Below, in pieces: positions 21,732 through 31,825 of a stretch of DNA of 64,000 bases. Numbering within the stretch: position 1 is the stretch's first letter; every line of letters begins with the position of its first letter. The stretch covers positions 372,001-436,000 of IMG/VR virus record IMGVR_UViG_3300035661_000001, one strand, 5' to 3'. The notes under the pieces are model-generated. The model saw nothing but the letters and a program-made list of their open reading frames with translations, did not search any database and was not told the DNA's origin. Both the position numbers and the translations under genes were made by a program.

Positions 21732-22217
21732 ATGACGACTCAGGAAACCGCAAATAGATTTCAACAACAAGGTAAAATGAAGGTTATTAAAGGCAGCATT
21801 CTGGCTCCTGAAAATGCCGGACTTAGATTCGTATTGTCAATTAACAATTTATCAGGTAAAACTGATAGCCCATTATTTGGTATATTTGATAGAAAATGGC
21901 GTCGAGTTAGAGAAGATGCTAAAGGATGGTTTAATACTCGTACTGGCGCCTATAAATTAGGAGCCGTTAACACGACTGCTGTCCAAAGTGACACCTGGGT
22001 AATCCATATGTTGTGTCAAGATGAAAAATTCTCTACAGATCTAAAAGGTCTTGAAGATTGTTTGAAAAAAGTTTGCCAAATGGCTAAATATGAAAAAAGC
22101 ACAGTTCATGTTTCTGGCTTGCTAGTTGAGGCTATACCTGAACTAACAGAAATTCTCTCTAAGCAATTAGTAGAACAAGGTGTAAATGTTTATTTCTACG
22201 AGGAGCAATCTAGATAA
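21732..22217 (+). CDS. Macro-domain-like protein (Poa1p/DarG-like, degenerate)
   Basis: KVIKGSI...KW...KLGAV..AV..DTWVIHMLCQ...LEDCLKKV...AK..STVH...V.FY pattern. Confidence 0.5.
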   Translation: MTTQETANRFQQQGKMKVIKGSILAPENAGLRFVLSINNLSGKTDSPLFGIFDRKWRRVREDAKGWFNTRTGAYKLGAVNTTAVQSDTWVIHMLCQDEKFSTDLKGLEDCLKKVCQMAKYEKSTVHVSGLLVEAIPELTEILSKQLVEQGVNVYFYEEQSR

Positions 22218-22235
22218 TATTTAAGCATCTTCTTT

Positions 22236-22622
22236 ATGGCGAAACTAAACCCGGGCGATACGATCTTGTGTCGCTTAAAAGAAGATGCTGTTGTAAATCC
22301 ATACAATTCTGATTTTGACAGTGTTAAATCTTTTGATATTATTGCTGTAGATAGCTTAGGTTATTATCTTTTTATTCCGCCTTATACTTTCATAAAAGGA
22401 AGTGTAACGGCGGATTTATTTTTTATTAAACAAGTAAAATTAGATAAAAAATTCCTGGGAGACAGTATTCTATATATTGGCGAAGGCTATGTATATAAAA
22501 TCAAGAGTCAGATTGATGGTTGCGCCTGCGTGACCTGCAAAAATTTTTACCATCAAGCTGTACCAAATCAAGAAAATGGATCCCTTATTTGCTGGAGCTG
22601 CCGCTCTGATAAACATAGGTGA
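22236..22622 (+). CDS. Hypothetical protein with C-terminal Zn finger
   Basis: C..C..C...CWSC. Confidence 0.6.
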   Translation: MAKLNPGDTILCRLKEDAVVNPYNSDFDSVKSFDIIAVDSLGYYLFIPPYTFIKGSVTADLFFIKQVKLDKKFLGDSILYIGEGYVYKIKSQIDGCACVTCKNFYHQAVPNQENGSLICWSCRSDKHR

Positions 22623-22645
22623 TACCGATAAATAGATATTAAATT

Positions 22646-23338
22646 ATGAAATCTTTTGCCTTTACCGATAACTTAGATCAATTGCTCGAAGGGGTTATAC
22701 ACAGCCTAACCGGCAACCAGCCCTCTTTGGACCCCAATGAATCTTATAAATTGCTGGAAGAGTCGCCCGGTGCTAGTACCAGTTCGTTCGGCAGCCAAGT
22801 TTTATCAAATGCTCAGGCGGATCTTGGGGTGCATGAGGATTTAGGCAAAAATGATGGTAAGAGAATTCGTGAATATTTCAAATATTTTAATATGGGCGGG
22901 GGACAAGATTGGTGCGCAGCCGCGGTATCGGCTTGGATGAAAGAAGCTGGTGGCGGACCAATACAAGGAGCAGTTGGCGCAAGAAATATAGCCGGACAAT
23001 TTGACCAGGCTGGTAAGTGGATTCCCAAAAACAAAATTACTCCACAGGTAATGATCCCAGGGAACATCGTCGTGTGGAGTAGAGGTGGACCTGACTCTTG
23101 GAAAGGTCATATTGGAGTTTTAGAATCTTTTGATGGTCGCGGAGGATTCACTTCTATTGAAGCTAATTCTGGACCTAAATCAGATTCAGTAGTGAGGAAT
23201 AGTCATTCTATTAGTGATGGTAATTTATTGGGAATAGGTATCTTATCAGGATATACTCCTACCTCCAAAATTGCAGCCGTCATTAGAATTGAAAATCTTA
23301 CAAATATATATTACCAAAATGCTTTAAGATTCAAATAA
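22646..23338 (+). CDS. CHAP-domain peptidoglycan hydrolase
   Basis: WCAAAVS (Cys), PGNIVVW, GHIG (His), IEAN. Confidence 0.8.
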   Translation: MKSFAFTDNLDQLLEGVIHSLTGNQPSLDPNESYKLLEESPGASTSSFGSQVLSNAQADLGVHEDLGKNDGKRIREYFKYFNMGGGQDWCAAAVSAWMKEAGGGPIQGAVGARNIAGQFDQAGKWIPKNKITPQVMIPGNIVVWSRGGPDSWKGHIGVLESFDGRGGFTSIEANSGPKSDSVVRNSHSISDGNLLGIGILSGYTPTSKIAAVIRIENLTNIYYQNALRFK

Positions 23339-23757
23339 CGATCCAACAGTTTTTGTAATTTTTTGTTTTGGTAATTTGTATAAAGAGATTCTTTCGGTAA
23401 CCAGGCACCGACCTCTAGCATATCCTCATTTGATATAACACTAATATCTCTTGTACAAATGATAACATTGAATTTTTTCAAAGCTTCAAATTCAATGTTA
23501 TCATTTTCAATGGCAAAATTAATCATTGGTTCTACATTAAATCCAAACCATTTTTCAAAATCTTTTTTATATATTTGAACTCCGGGAAGAGTAACTTTAT
23601 CAGTTGATAAAGCTGCTCTCTTGTATGATTTATTATTTGAATCCCATACACATCCAGTATTTAATATAGGGTGCTTATCATCATAAACAGAAAAGATTTT
23701 TTTATTCTTGATGTAGAACGTAAAACCATGTTTTACATTTATTTGAAATACTTTCAT
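23311..23757 (-). CDS. Hypothetical protein with KAFW tail
   Basis: 148 aa; ends RYLNLKAFW. Confidence 0.65.
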   Translation of the reverse strand: MKVFQINVKHGFTFYIKNKKIFSVYDDKHPILNTGCVWDSNNKSYKRAALSTDKVTLPGVQIYKKDFEKWFGFNVEPMINFAIENDNIEFEALKKFNVIICTRDISVISNEDMLEVGAWLPKESLYTNYQNKKLQKLLDRYLNLKAFW

Positions 23758-23760
23758 TAT

Positions 23761-24408
23761 TCAGATAATTTTATCTTTAGTCCAACCAAATGCATTTAAA
23801 GATAAATCAAACTGTCCAGTTTCAGATACTGATTTTAACATCTTCTGAGCAATTTGACAAATTTCTAGTTGAGCATGAGCGGGATCATTTCTTAAACCTT
23901 GAAAGTGCATAAAAGATCTAAAATTAAACATAACGTCAGAAGTTATTTGATTTGCATATGGAAGATAAAATCTGGCACTTTCCTTGGCTCTTTTTTTATC
24001 CATACCATTTTCCACCAAACGTTTTAAACATTCATGGTATTTTTGTACAGATGTCTCACAGTGATCAATTAATAATTTCTGCTCCTCTGTGATCCAATCT
24101 TCTGGAATATAATATTTATCATCTTTAAGCTCTTTATAACGAGCTGATTCTGCATTTATAGATACGCCAACTCTGTGTTTTAATAAATGTACATGAGCGC
24201 TCATTTCTGTAGTTACTAGGAAATGTAAACTAGATTTTTCAAATGGAGTATGATGACCAGCAGTAGCTAATGAATTTAATAATTTATTCATTCGACTTCT
24301 TTTATCTTCAGTTAGGTCTCTACTTGTAGATGTCCATGCAGATAGAGCATGTGTTTCATCAGAGCCGTAAATTCCAACAAGTTCTATTTTATTCGCGTGT
24401 TCTTCCAT
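23761..24408 (-). CDS. thyX: Flavin-dependent thymidylate synthase
   Basis: GHHTPFE, KHR..SINAESARY, ESARFYLP, NFRS..HF..LR...HAQ.EI. Confidence 0.9.
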   Translation of the reverse strand: MEEHANKIELVGIYGSDETHALSAWTSTSRDLTEDKRSRMNKLLNSLATAGHHTPFEKSSLHFLVTTEMSAHVHLLKHRVGVSINAESARYKELKDDKYYIPEDWITEEQKLLIDHCETSVQKYHECLKRLVENGMDKKRAKESARFYLPYANQITSDVMFNFRSFMHFQGLRNDPAHAQLEICQIAQKMLKSVSETGQFDLSLNAFGWTKDKII

Positions 24409-24431
24409 TATAATTCCTTATTTTTCAATTA

Positions 24432-25463
24432 TTACACAATTACATCATGTGCATGAGATTCTCTCAGTCCTGCGCCCGTCATTCTCAAGAATTGCGGATT
24501 TGATTTTAAATCATTCAGATTATCTACGCCTTGATATGAACAACCAGATTTAATACCATCAATAATCTTAGTTAAAATCAAATTAAAACTCTCTTTAGCT
24601 GGGACTATTGAGACTACTCCCTCTATATGAGAGGTTTTATGGGTAGAGCTGCCTGCGTATTCTTTAAATCTTTTTCCGTTAATGCTTTTAATTTCTCCAG
24701 GTGTCTCTTCGCAGCCAGCAAAAATATTGCCTATCATCATCAAATTAGCAAAACATAATCCTTTGACACAATCTCCAGCAGATTTTGCCCCACCGTCTGA
24801 AATTAATAATAAATCACGAGTAACACCTTCGTCAAGCAATCTACGACGACCTTTATCAGCCTCTACTATAGAAGTAAATTGTGGTACACCATTGCCGGTT
24901 TCAATCCTAGTAAGACAAATACTACCACCACCAATACCATTTTTAACTATGTCAGCTCCGGCTTTCCATAATTCATAAGATCCGATATCAGTAGCTGTAT
25001 TACCAGCGATTAATAATATGTTAGGATAAGTTTTTGAAATCCATTCACACATTTCAATACACATAGCCGAATGACCATGTGCCACATCAATGCACAATAT
25101 TCTAGCCCCAAATGAAACTAATGTATCTATTATTTCAATATCTTCTTTTTTTACACCAACAGAAAATCCAATATGATTCCAAACATTTGATCCAAATTCT
25201 TCTTCTAAAGATTTGACAATATTTATTTGATCTTCTAATGGCATGAATCTGTGGACTATGCATAGTCCGCCAGACAAATAAATAGTTTTAGCCATATCAA
25301 AACCGATCAAAGATTTCATATTTGAAACTATAATCGGGTGTTTAAGAACTGTATCGAGTTTAGGTAACTTAACTGTTGTTTTTACTAAACTCCTCGATGG
25401 TATTTTACTGTATTTTGGCACAAGTAAAACATCATCAAAACATAAACCGTCATTTATAATCAT
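24432..25463 (-). CDS. IMP dehydrogenase / GMP reductase family (no CBS domains)
   Basis: FDDVLLVP, DVAHGH, AGN, GIGGGSICLTR (catalytic Cys), SDGG, SGCSYQG, ESHAH. Confidence 0.9.
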   Translation of the reverse strand: MIINDGLCFDDVLLVPKYSKIPSRSLVKTTVKLPKLDTVLKHPIIVSNMKSLIGFDMAKTIYLSGGLCIVHRFMPLEDQINIVKSLEEEFGSNVWNHIGFSVGVKKEDIEIIDTLVSFGARILCIDVAHGHSAMCIEMCEWISKTYPNILLIAGNTATDIGSYELWKAGADIVKNGIGGGSICLTRIETGNGVPQFTSIVEADKGRRRLLDEGVTRDLLLISDGGAKSAGDCVKGLCFANLMMIGNIFAGCEETPGEIKSINGKRFKEYAGSSTHKTSHIEGVVSIVPAKESFNLILTKIIDGIKSGCSYQGVDNLNDLKSNPQFLRMTGAGLRESHAHDVIV

Positions 25464-25571
25464 TTATTTGCTCCATGCTGCTAAGCAGGCATACTTATAT
25501 CCGCACTAGCTTAAAACTTTTACTTTTTCTGTCAACACGTTTAAAATATAAATAATTATAAGTGGAGAAAT

Positions 25572-26291
25572 ATGGACGCCCAATCATGGTTAAATTCATT
25601 GCCTAATAATCCTGGACCAGCCCGTGATCAAGCTGTACTAGATGCTATTTCTGGAGGAATAGTTGTATGCAATTGGTCTCCAATAACTTCAACTATCGCT
25701 GGTCATACTGCTATTTTTCAAGTTTGTGAGGATGCAGCTTACATAGAGCTACCTGATTCTTCTAGATTTAGATTTCAGGTTTCTGCCACTCTTGCCCAAA
25801 AATGTGCAGATTTATTATCTGCCTCTTTCATCACATCAAAAATTAGTGATTTGGCTTATAAACAAGCACAAGTAGTTGTCGGTGTCTCTACATTATCTCC
25901 TGATCCAGACATGGTAACCACTGACAAATCTAAAAAATGGAATACAGCGGTTGAAAATAAACGTGCCAGTAGAACTGGATTATTTAGAGATTGTGGAAAG
26001 GCATGGATATTGAGCAATAGATTATCTACCCCTGTCAGTGCTGTCAATTATGGATTTTATGATAAATCTGCACCATATGTTAGCCAAGGCGGATTAAAAA
26101 TGTGGCAAACAGTTGGTACAAGACATGATAGATCTCATACAGATTATTCACAAACTCTTATATTAATGAGTAGTTCCTGTGAAGTCGATGGTCAATCTGT
26201 TAATGTAATTGATGTAATGAAAGATCCTAAGCTATCTTCTCTATTAAGTTATGAGGGAGTTTTACGTTTCACGCGCCAACCCGGAGTATAA
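25572..26291 (+). CDS. Hypothetical protein, paralog A
   Basis: PGPARDQAV, A..AQK.AD, NYG, H...HTDYSQ; similar to the next gene. Confidence 0.65.
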   Translation: MDAQSWLNSLPNNPGPARDQAVLDAISGGIVVCNWSPITSTIAGHTAIFQVCEDAAYIELPDSSRFRFQVSATLAQKCADLLSASFITSKISDLAYKQAQVVVGVSTLSPDPDMVTTDKSKKWNTAVENKRASRTGLFRDCGKAWILSNRLSTPVSAVNYGFYDKSAPYVSQGGLKMWQTVGTRHDRSHTDYSQTLILMSSSCEVDGQSVNVIDVMKDPKLSSLLSYEGVLRFTRQPGV

Positions 26292-26294
26292 CAA

Positions 26295-27203
26295 ATGTCT
26301 TTTAAGGATGAATTTCTAAAAACACCTCCTGGACCTGCCAGAGAAGCATTAGTTTATAATGCTATTATCCAACAAGGTCCTCCAAAAAATTTAGTACCTG
26401 TTACTGTTCCTGGTCCTGGTGGAACTAAAATAACCTATCAAACTATGGCTGATTATATTACCATTGATGGAATTCGTGTGCCTATGACTCCAGTCACAGC
26501 TCAACGTGTAGCTAATCATTTTGGCATGATGTTGCCAACATCTAAAATGTCACAACAAATATATGAAGCTGCAAAAACTAAAGTACGAGCTAATCCTCTT
26601 TCTGGCACAGGATATGTAAGTCCATTAACAGGTAAGAGATATTCTGGCAAAGATGTTGTAAAATCCAGAATTGGAGAATCTGATGCGGCGGTTGCTTACA
26701 GTAATTTAACAAATCAAGAGTTATCTAAAATTAAAAATCCTGGTTTAATCAGCGGTCATGGTAAAGAGATCACTGAACCAACGCAAAGTGCTAGCATTAG
26801 TGATGTTAGTTTCGGTGGTTGGCAAGGTGCTGGCGGAAAAGCATTACAGCCATATACAAATGCTCATAAGGGACAAGCCGCATTTCATACAGAGTATGCA
26901 TTAAATACACGTTTGATCGATGATGGCAATGTTATTATAACTACACCTGATGGTAAAACCATTTCAACAACAATGCAAAAATTAAGAGCTAATCCTAATT
27001 TTAGTAAAGCTATTGCAGATGCAACAGGCATCAAAAAATATGATGATAAATCACAAAAAGTATCTCCTACAAAAACAATTGAGCCGGCACCAGGTAAGGT
27101 ACCAGCTCAAATTGCCGTTTCTCCACAAACAAAATCTGATCCAGGTAGAGTAGCTTTATTGCAAATAATAGACGATCTATTAAGTCAATTCACTAAAGGA
27201 TAA
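26295..27203 (+). CDS. Hypothetical protein, paralog B
   Basis: PGPAREALV, TAQRVAN, GHGK, GGW..G..LQP..H...HTEY. Confidence 0.65.
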   Translation: MSFKDEFLKTPPGPAREALVYNAIIQQGPPKNLVPVTVPGPGGTKITYQTMADYITIDGIRVPMTPVTAQRVANHFGMMLPTSKMSQQIYEAAKTKVRANPLSGTGYVSPLTGKRYSGKDVVKSRIGESDAAVAYSNLTNQELSKIKNPGLISGHGKEITEPTQSASISDVSFGGWQGAGGKALQPYTNAHKGQAAFHTEYALNTRLIDDGNVIITTPDGKTISTTMQKLRANPNFSKAIADATGIKKYDDKSQKVSPTKTIEPAPGKVPAQIAVSPQTKSDPGRVALLQIIDDLLSQFTKG

Positions 27204-27205
27204 AT

Positions 27206-27451
27206 CTACCAAAAAGCCTTCATATTTATTCTTCTAATCATTTCATCTTCACTAAAATATATTTTAGTGAAGATGAAAGTAAAAAAAACATCAGGAATAG
27301 AATTATTATCACCAGTATAAAAGAACACTCTGATTTTTGGATACTTAAAATCATAAACAGTAATAACTCCCGCCTTATGAGTTTTATAATTATCTGATGA
27401 TAAGTCTACTAGAAATTCTTTAATTTTTGGGTGTAGATCATCTAGATTCAT
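27206..27451 (-). CDS. Hypothetical protein with KAFW tail
   Basis: Ends RRINMKAFW (TAG stop). Confidence 0.6.
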   Translation of the reverse strand: MNLDDLHPKIKEFLVDLSSDNYKTHKAGVITVYDFKYPKIRVFFYTGDNNSIPDVFFTFIFTKIYFSEDEMIRRINMKAFW

Positions 27452-27663
27452 TTATGCCTATAGGTGATTCTTCCACGTGACATATCGTATTCACTAACTT
27501 CACAGGTTACTTTATCACCTACTAAAATCTTTACGGAATTTACTCTAATTTTTCCGCTTAGAGTGCAAAGTACAATGACGGAGTCATTAACTTTTACTTT
27601 GAAATTGCCTTTGTTAGCATCTACAACAAAACCTTCAAACTCTAATCTATCTCTATTCGCCAT
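27448..27663 (-). CDS. infA: Translation initiation factor IF-1
   Basis: EG.V....FKV......LCTLSGKIR...VKILVGDKV..EVS.YD..RGRITYR. Confidence 0.93.
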   Translation of the reverse strand: MANRDRLEFEGFVVDANKGNFKVKVNDSVIVLCTLSGKIRVNSVKILVGDKVTCEVSEYDMSRGRITYRHK

Positions 27664-27679
27664 CCTATATATAATCCTT

Positions 27680-28327
27680 TTATGTTAAAAACGAAAAATC
27701 TATATCGTATAATTTATTTAACGTGTCCACTAAGTCTTTAGATGGACCCATACAAGTTATCCACTCATTCGTCTCAGCGCAAGGTAAGACACAATTTTCT
27801 TTATTTTTGAATTGTAAAAAATATTTGATGTCCAAATTTTTCGCAATACGCCTCAAACGTTTTAAACCTATTGTTAATGGAGATACTTTTTCCCACGCAT
27901 TATCATATAACATATATGATCTTAAATAATTGTCTAAACCCAACAATGTTAATACAATACAGTATTCAGAAGTATCTTCCACTTTACCAATTATTAAATA
28001 GCATAATTTACTTATCTTAATAAATTTATTTAAAGACAGACCGGCATACAAATCGGTTTGTATTAAATTTTTACGACACAATTTTAAATCGTTATATGTT
28101 ATATTTAATCTTTTGTTTTTAACAATATTTAATGAGTTACCAAATTCATCAAACCAATGTTTGTATAACTGTAAACTGTATTTATCATTGTTGTAGAATA
28201 TATTGTAAGGTTTTAATCTACATGATCTAATGATAAATGAGAGTTCCTCAATCTCTGTAAAAGAAGCTGCTAACAAGATTGCTTTGTTAATTTGAAAATA
28301 AAATCTATCTAAACTAGGGCTTTTCAT
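27680..28327 (-). CDS. Hypothetical protein
   Basis: 215-aa ORF in a - strand operon. Confidence 0.6.
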   Translation of the reverse strand: MKSPSLDRFYFQINKAILLAASFTEIEELSFIIRSCRLKPYNIFYNNDKYSLQLYKHWFDEFGNSLNIVKNKRLNITYNDLKLCRKNLIQTDLYAGLSLNKFIKISKLCYLIIGKVEDTSEYCIVLTLLGLDNYLRSYMLYDNAWEKVSPLTIGLKRLRRIAKNLDIKYFLQFKNKENCVLPCAETNEWITCMGPSKDLVDTLNKLYDIDFSFLT

Positions 28328-28977
28328 TCTTCTAAGATGGACATATCTATATCATCATAATATTCAGAGCTAATTGCTGGACCTACTTCATGAACAACTG
28401 TTTTGATGAACGGTAAATAATTAATCCCTTTTTCTTCTGCTAATTTTCTATGTAACAGATAACAGTTTCTACTATCAACTTTAGCATTATGTGCATCTGC
28501 TAATTTTTTAATTCCTACTAGATCACAGGAAGACTGAAGATCAAAACGTTGTTTTTCAGATTTAACTATTCCTATTTTTTTTGCATACTCTTTGGTTAAT
28601 GGAATGGTGTCTAACCACAAATTAGCAGGAAATGCCTGGCTTTCACTTTTCCATAAAGCATGTAGAAACCTACGATCGAAAGGTGAATTATGAGCAACGA
28701 TTACACGATGAGCTGGTGTTCCACCATCTTCCGCGAAAAATCTATTACATTCTGCTACAACATCAGATTTATTATGACCACGGTCTAAGTCTGCCATAGT
28801 TTTTTTAGTAATTCTTAAAGCATCAAAACTCGCTCGTTCAGGATGTTCACATTTTATACATCTGTGAAGCTGTACTCGATCTACAGCTCTTATAATACCG
28901 ATTTCGGTCATTTCATGATACCCACAGCTTAACCCGGTAGTCTCAGTATCAATAACGTAATAAAACAGTCCGCTCAT
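28324..28977 (-). CDS. DEDDh 3'-5' exonuclease (second paralog)
   Basis: IDTETTG, AHNSPFD, LDT, AHNAKVD. Confidence 0.85.
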   Translation of the reverse strand: MSGLFYYVIDTETTGLSCGYHEMTEIGIIRAVDRVQLHRCIKCEHPERASFDALRITKKTMADLDRGHNKSDVVAECNRFFAEDGGTPAHRVIVAHNSPFDRRFLHALWKSESQAFPANLWLDTIPLTKEYAKKIGIVKSEKQRFDLQSSCDLVGIKKLADAHNAKVDSRNCYLLHRKLAEEKGINYLPFIKTVVHEVGPAISSEYYDDIDMSILEE

Positions 28978-28980
28978 TAT

Positions 28981-29277
28981 TCACCAAAACGCTTTCATAT
29001 TTAAAGATTTTTCTATTTTATTTACTATTATTTTCATTTCATCGACGTGTTTAATAATAGAAAGTTTCGCTTCTAGTTCATCAACTTTAGACAAATCATC
29101 TTTATGATCTGATAACTCAGATTTTAATTCCTCTGAAGCAGAAATCATTTCATTATAATCTCCAGCCATTTCTTTCATTTTTTCAGGATTACTGTAGATA
29201 TTAACTTCCATGTAACGACGAAATTGTCTAACTGTCTTCTCTATTTTCGCATAAGTATTTGGCTTATCTTTTTTCAT
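28981..29277 (-). CDS. Coiled-coil hypothetical protein with KAFW tail
   Basis: Ends KSLNMKAFW. Confidence 0.6.
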   Translation of the reverse strand: MKKDKPNTYAKIEKTVRQFRRYMEVNIYSNPEKMKEMAGDYNEMISASEELKSELSDHKDDLSKVDELEAKLSIIKHVDEMKIIVNKIEKSLNMKAFW

Positions 29278-29756
29278 CGAAAAATACTTTCCCGCATAAA
29301 TAAAGGTAACATTCCTTTATTTTTCATTTCTTCTTGTACTGTAGGAGATAAATAGTGAAAACCACTAATTAACTTCCTGCATTTTACAGAACCACAGTTA
29401 CATCTCATTTGCCAAATATCTACTGTGTCCGTAGAGCTAGTTGAATAATCAAATGTTAATTCAGAATCAGGAGCAATATCATACAAAGAATATAATATCG
29501 CCCTATTACCAGCAATAGATAAATAACAATTAGGATCACAACTATGATTTACATAATCATCTTTACCACCAGATGGTCCTATAAAAATATCAGGACCTAC
29601 TTGTAATGTGGTTGAACTATCTGGTAAATTACCACTGTTAAAAAAATCACCAGTCATCTCAATGATAGGTATATTTTTTTTAATCTTAACAGATGTAAAA
29701 ACGCCCTGACCACCTAGTCGGCTAGGCTTTAATTTAAGATAATCTTTAGAAATCAT
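29274..29756 (-). CDS. SET-domain protein-lysine methyltransferase with post-SET motif
   Basis: GQGVF, NHSCDPN, ELTFDY, CNCGSVKCR. Confidence 0.9.
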   Translation of the reverse strand: MISKDYLKLKPSRLGGQGVFTSVKIKKNIPIIEMTGDFFNSGNLPDSSTTLQVGPDIFIGPSGGKDDYVNHSCDPNCYLSIAGNRAILYSLYDIAPDSELTFDYSTSSTDTVDIWQMRCNCGSVKCRKLISGFHYLSPTVQEEMKNKGMLPLFMRESIFR

Positions 29757-29757
29757 A

Positions 29758-30000
29758 TTAACCTAATAAATTCTTCATAAATCTAATCATGGTACTACCA
29801 GCCTCATAAACTATTAATTTTAATTCTCTTCTGCCTACTAATCTATGTTTCACGGACACTGGACTTTGATTTTTAATCAATCCAGCCGCTTGATGAGCAT
29901 CCTCTGCTAATATTCGATATGTCAATGTTGCTGGTAACATACATTCGACTTTTACATCATAATAGTATTTTGGTTTTGGTAATTGTTGTTTTTCAGCCAT
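29758..30000 (-). CDS. Hypothetical protein
   Basis: 80-aa ORF. Confidence 0.6.
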   Translation of the reverse strand: MAEKQQLPKPKYYYDVKVECMLPATLTYRILAEDAHQAAGLIKNQSPVSVKHRLVGRRELKLIVYEAGSTMIRFMKNLLG

Positions 30001-30012
30001 AATATGTCTATA

Positions 30013-30738
30013 TCATTTCCCAACTAATTCATAAAATCTATTCAAAAATAATACTTCAGCTTCTGCCGGACCTAATGGTTCTATCTTTAAAGGTATGGGC
30101 TTAATATTAGTTATCCAATCTTCTCTTAATGGTGACATTAAATCACGAGCTTCAGTAGCCAACATTAATCCATCTGCAATTTTAACTGATGGTGGTTCTG
30201 CCATAGGAAGATTAAACCTTTTACAGATAGCTTCTTGCATTATCTTTTCAAATTCAATGTAGGCTCCGAATTTACCTGACCTTTTAAGAGGGCTAGGAAC
30301 ATCTATTAAATAAGCTTCTGTAGCATCATGAAGCAAACCCCATAATCTATCAGAACTGTCACACAGGTAAGATACTAGCACGCTGTGCTGAGCTACACTA
30401 TAGAATCTTTTTACATGTCCGCTAAACCGACACTGCATAGATAGCGCATGAGCTATATCCTGAATTACAATGGATTCATAATTAGGATTGGTTGGAGTAA
30501 ATCTTACTCCGCTAAAAGTTTGAATCCAAGCCTCTTCTGGATTAAACTCTTCTGAACCAATATCATATCTAACCGCATATCCATTATCTGGATCTTTACT
30601 TAAATCCCTTGGAGGAATAGGCTCAGATTTTAATTGAGGATAATCAGTAAATAATTTATTAATTGCAATTTCATCTTCTTCAGTACAAATTGGAGGAAGA
30701 GTATTGCTTAAATATTCGGCATCTAATGGGTTTTTCAT
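30013..30738 (-). CDS. HD-domain 5'-deoxynucleotidase-like phosphohydrolase
   Basis: DIAHALS..CRFSGH, YSVAQHS, LLHDATEAY..D.P.P.K; likely start ATG 30738. Confidence 0.85.
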   Translation of the reverse strand: MKNPLDAEYLSNTLPPICTEEDEIAINKLFTDYPQLKSEPIPPRDLSKDPDNGYAVRYDIGSEEFNPEEAWIQTFSGVRFTPTNPNYESIVIQDIAHALSMQCRFSGHVKRFYSVAQHSVLVSYLCDSSDRLWGLLHDATEAYLIDVPSPLKRSGKFGAYIEFEKIMQEAICKRFNLPMAEPPSVKIADGLMLATEARDLMSPLREDWITNIKPIPLKIEPLGPAEAEVLFLNRFYELVGK

Positions 30739-30739
30739 A

Positions 30740-31189
30740 TTATTGACCTGTGCTACCAAATCCACCAGCACCTCTATCGGAAACTGATAGATCTTCAACT
30801 ATTTCAAACTCTATTTTGACTACTGGACAAAGAACAATCTGTGCAATCCTATCTCCAACTTCAATATTAAAATCATCTTTTCCAGAATTCATTAAGATTA
30901 CACCTAATTCTCCACGATAATCACTGTCAATAGTGCCAGGACTATTCAAAACAGTAATGCCTTGTTTAAGAGCTAAACCTGATCGCGGTCTTACTTGTAT
31001 TTCATAATCTACAGGTATTTCAAATGAAAGACCCGTTGGAACAAGTGCCCGATCACCTGAATGAATTACTAAACTTTTTGTAGAAGTAATATCCATCCCC
31101 GCCGCACCCTTAGTTTGATATTGGGGTTGTTTGGATAGAACAGAATTCAATTTTAATTTTACTGGTTTAATCGTTGAGAAAGTTGTCAT
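30740..31189 (-). CDS. dut: Trimeric dUTPase
   Basis: AAGMD, RPRSGLA, GTIDSDYRGE, RIAQ, RGAGGFGSTG. Confidence 0.95.
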   Translation of the reverse strand: MTTFSTIKPVKLKLNSVLSKQPQYQTKGAAGMDITSTKSLVIHSGDRALVPTGLSFEIPVDYEIQVRPRSGLALKQGITVLNSPGTIDSDYRGELGVILMNSGKDDFNIEVGDRIAQIVLCPVVKIEFEIVEDLSVSDRGAGGFGSTGQ

Positions 31190-31232
31190 GTTTACCTCGG
31201 AATTTACTTCATTTTAATGATGAGAGAAAATA

Positions 31233-31781
31233 ATGTCAAGTGCATATAATGTTATTTTTTATATGCAAATTCCTTCTATTATTTTTGTTAATTATGACTC
31301 TGGTTCAGTAGCGCAAAATACATTAAAAACTCAATTAAATATTGATGAGCTTATGAACGAGGATGAATTTGATGCGCGTGTCGCGGTTGATCCTAATTAT
31401 CCAGTCATTGTTCATTTAACTAATCAAAGAATTTTAGTGACTCGCACAACTTTTCAAGATCATACGAACCGACAGTATGCGGACGTCGTGCTGTTTGTCA
31501 AGAACGGGCTCGCTACTGTTTTAGAAAATAATTACGGTCCCCCAGGACTCTCCTTTAGAGTAGAGCGCATAAATCTGTTTAATATGCTGGCAGATATTAA
31601 AAAACTTTCTTCCAGAACTTTATCATGTCACCGATGCCATTGTGGTTGTGGATGTAATTGTTTCAAGCATTTACCAGTAGCAATACAGAAGTTATTAATT
31701 AATCCTTATGATATTAGCGGAGTCCACAATGCTAATTGTGACAACATCTTTAATAATCCAGAATTTATTAACAGAAAATGA
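31233..31781 (+). CDS. Hypothetical protein with Cys-rich C-terminus
   Basis: CHRCHCGCGCNC. Confidence 0.55.
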   Translation: MSSAYNVIFYMQIPSIIFVNYDSGSVAQNTLKTQLNIDELMNEDEFDARVAVDPNYPVIVHLTNQRILVTRTTFQDHTNRQYADVVLFVKNGLATVLENNYGPPGLSFRVERINLFNMLADIKKLSSRTLSCHRCHCGCGCNCFKHLPVAIQKLLINPYDISGVHNANCDNIFNNPEFINRK

Positions 31782-31825
31782 TGGCATAATAGTGTATAAA
31801 TTTTAATCCCCACTAGGAAGGTACC

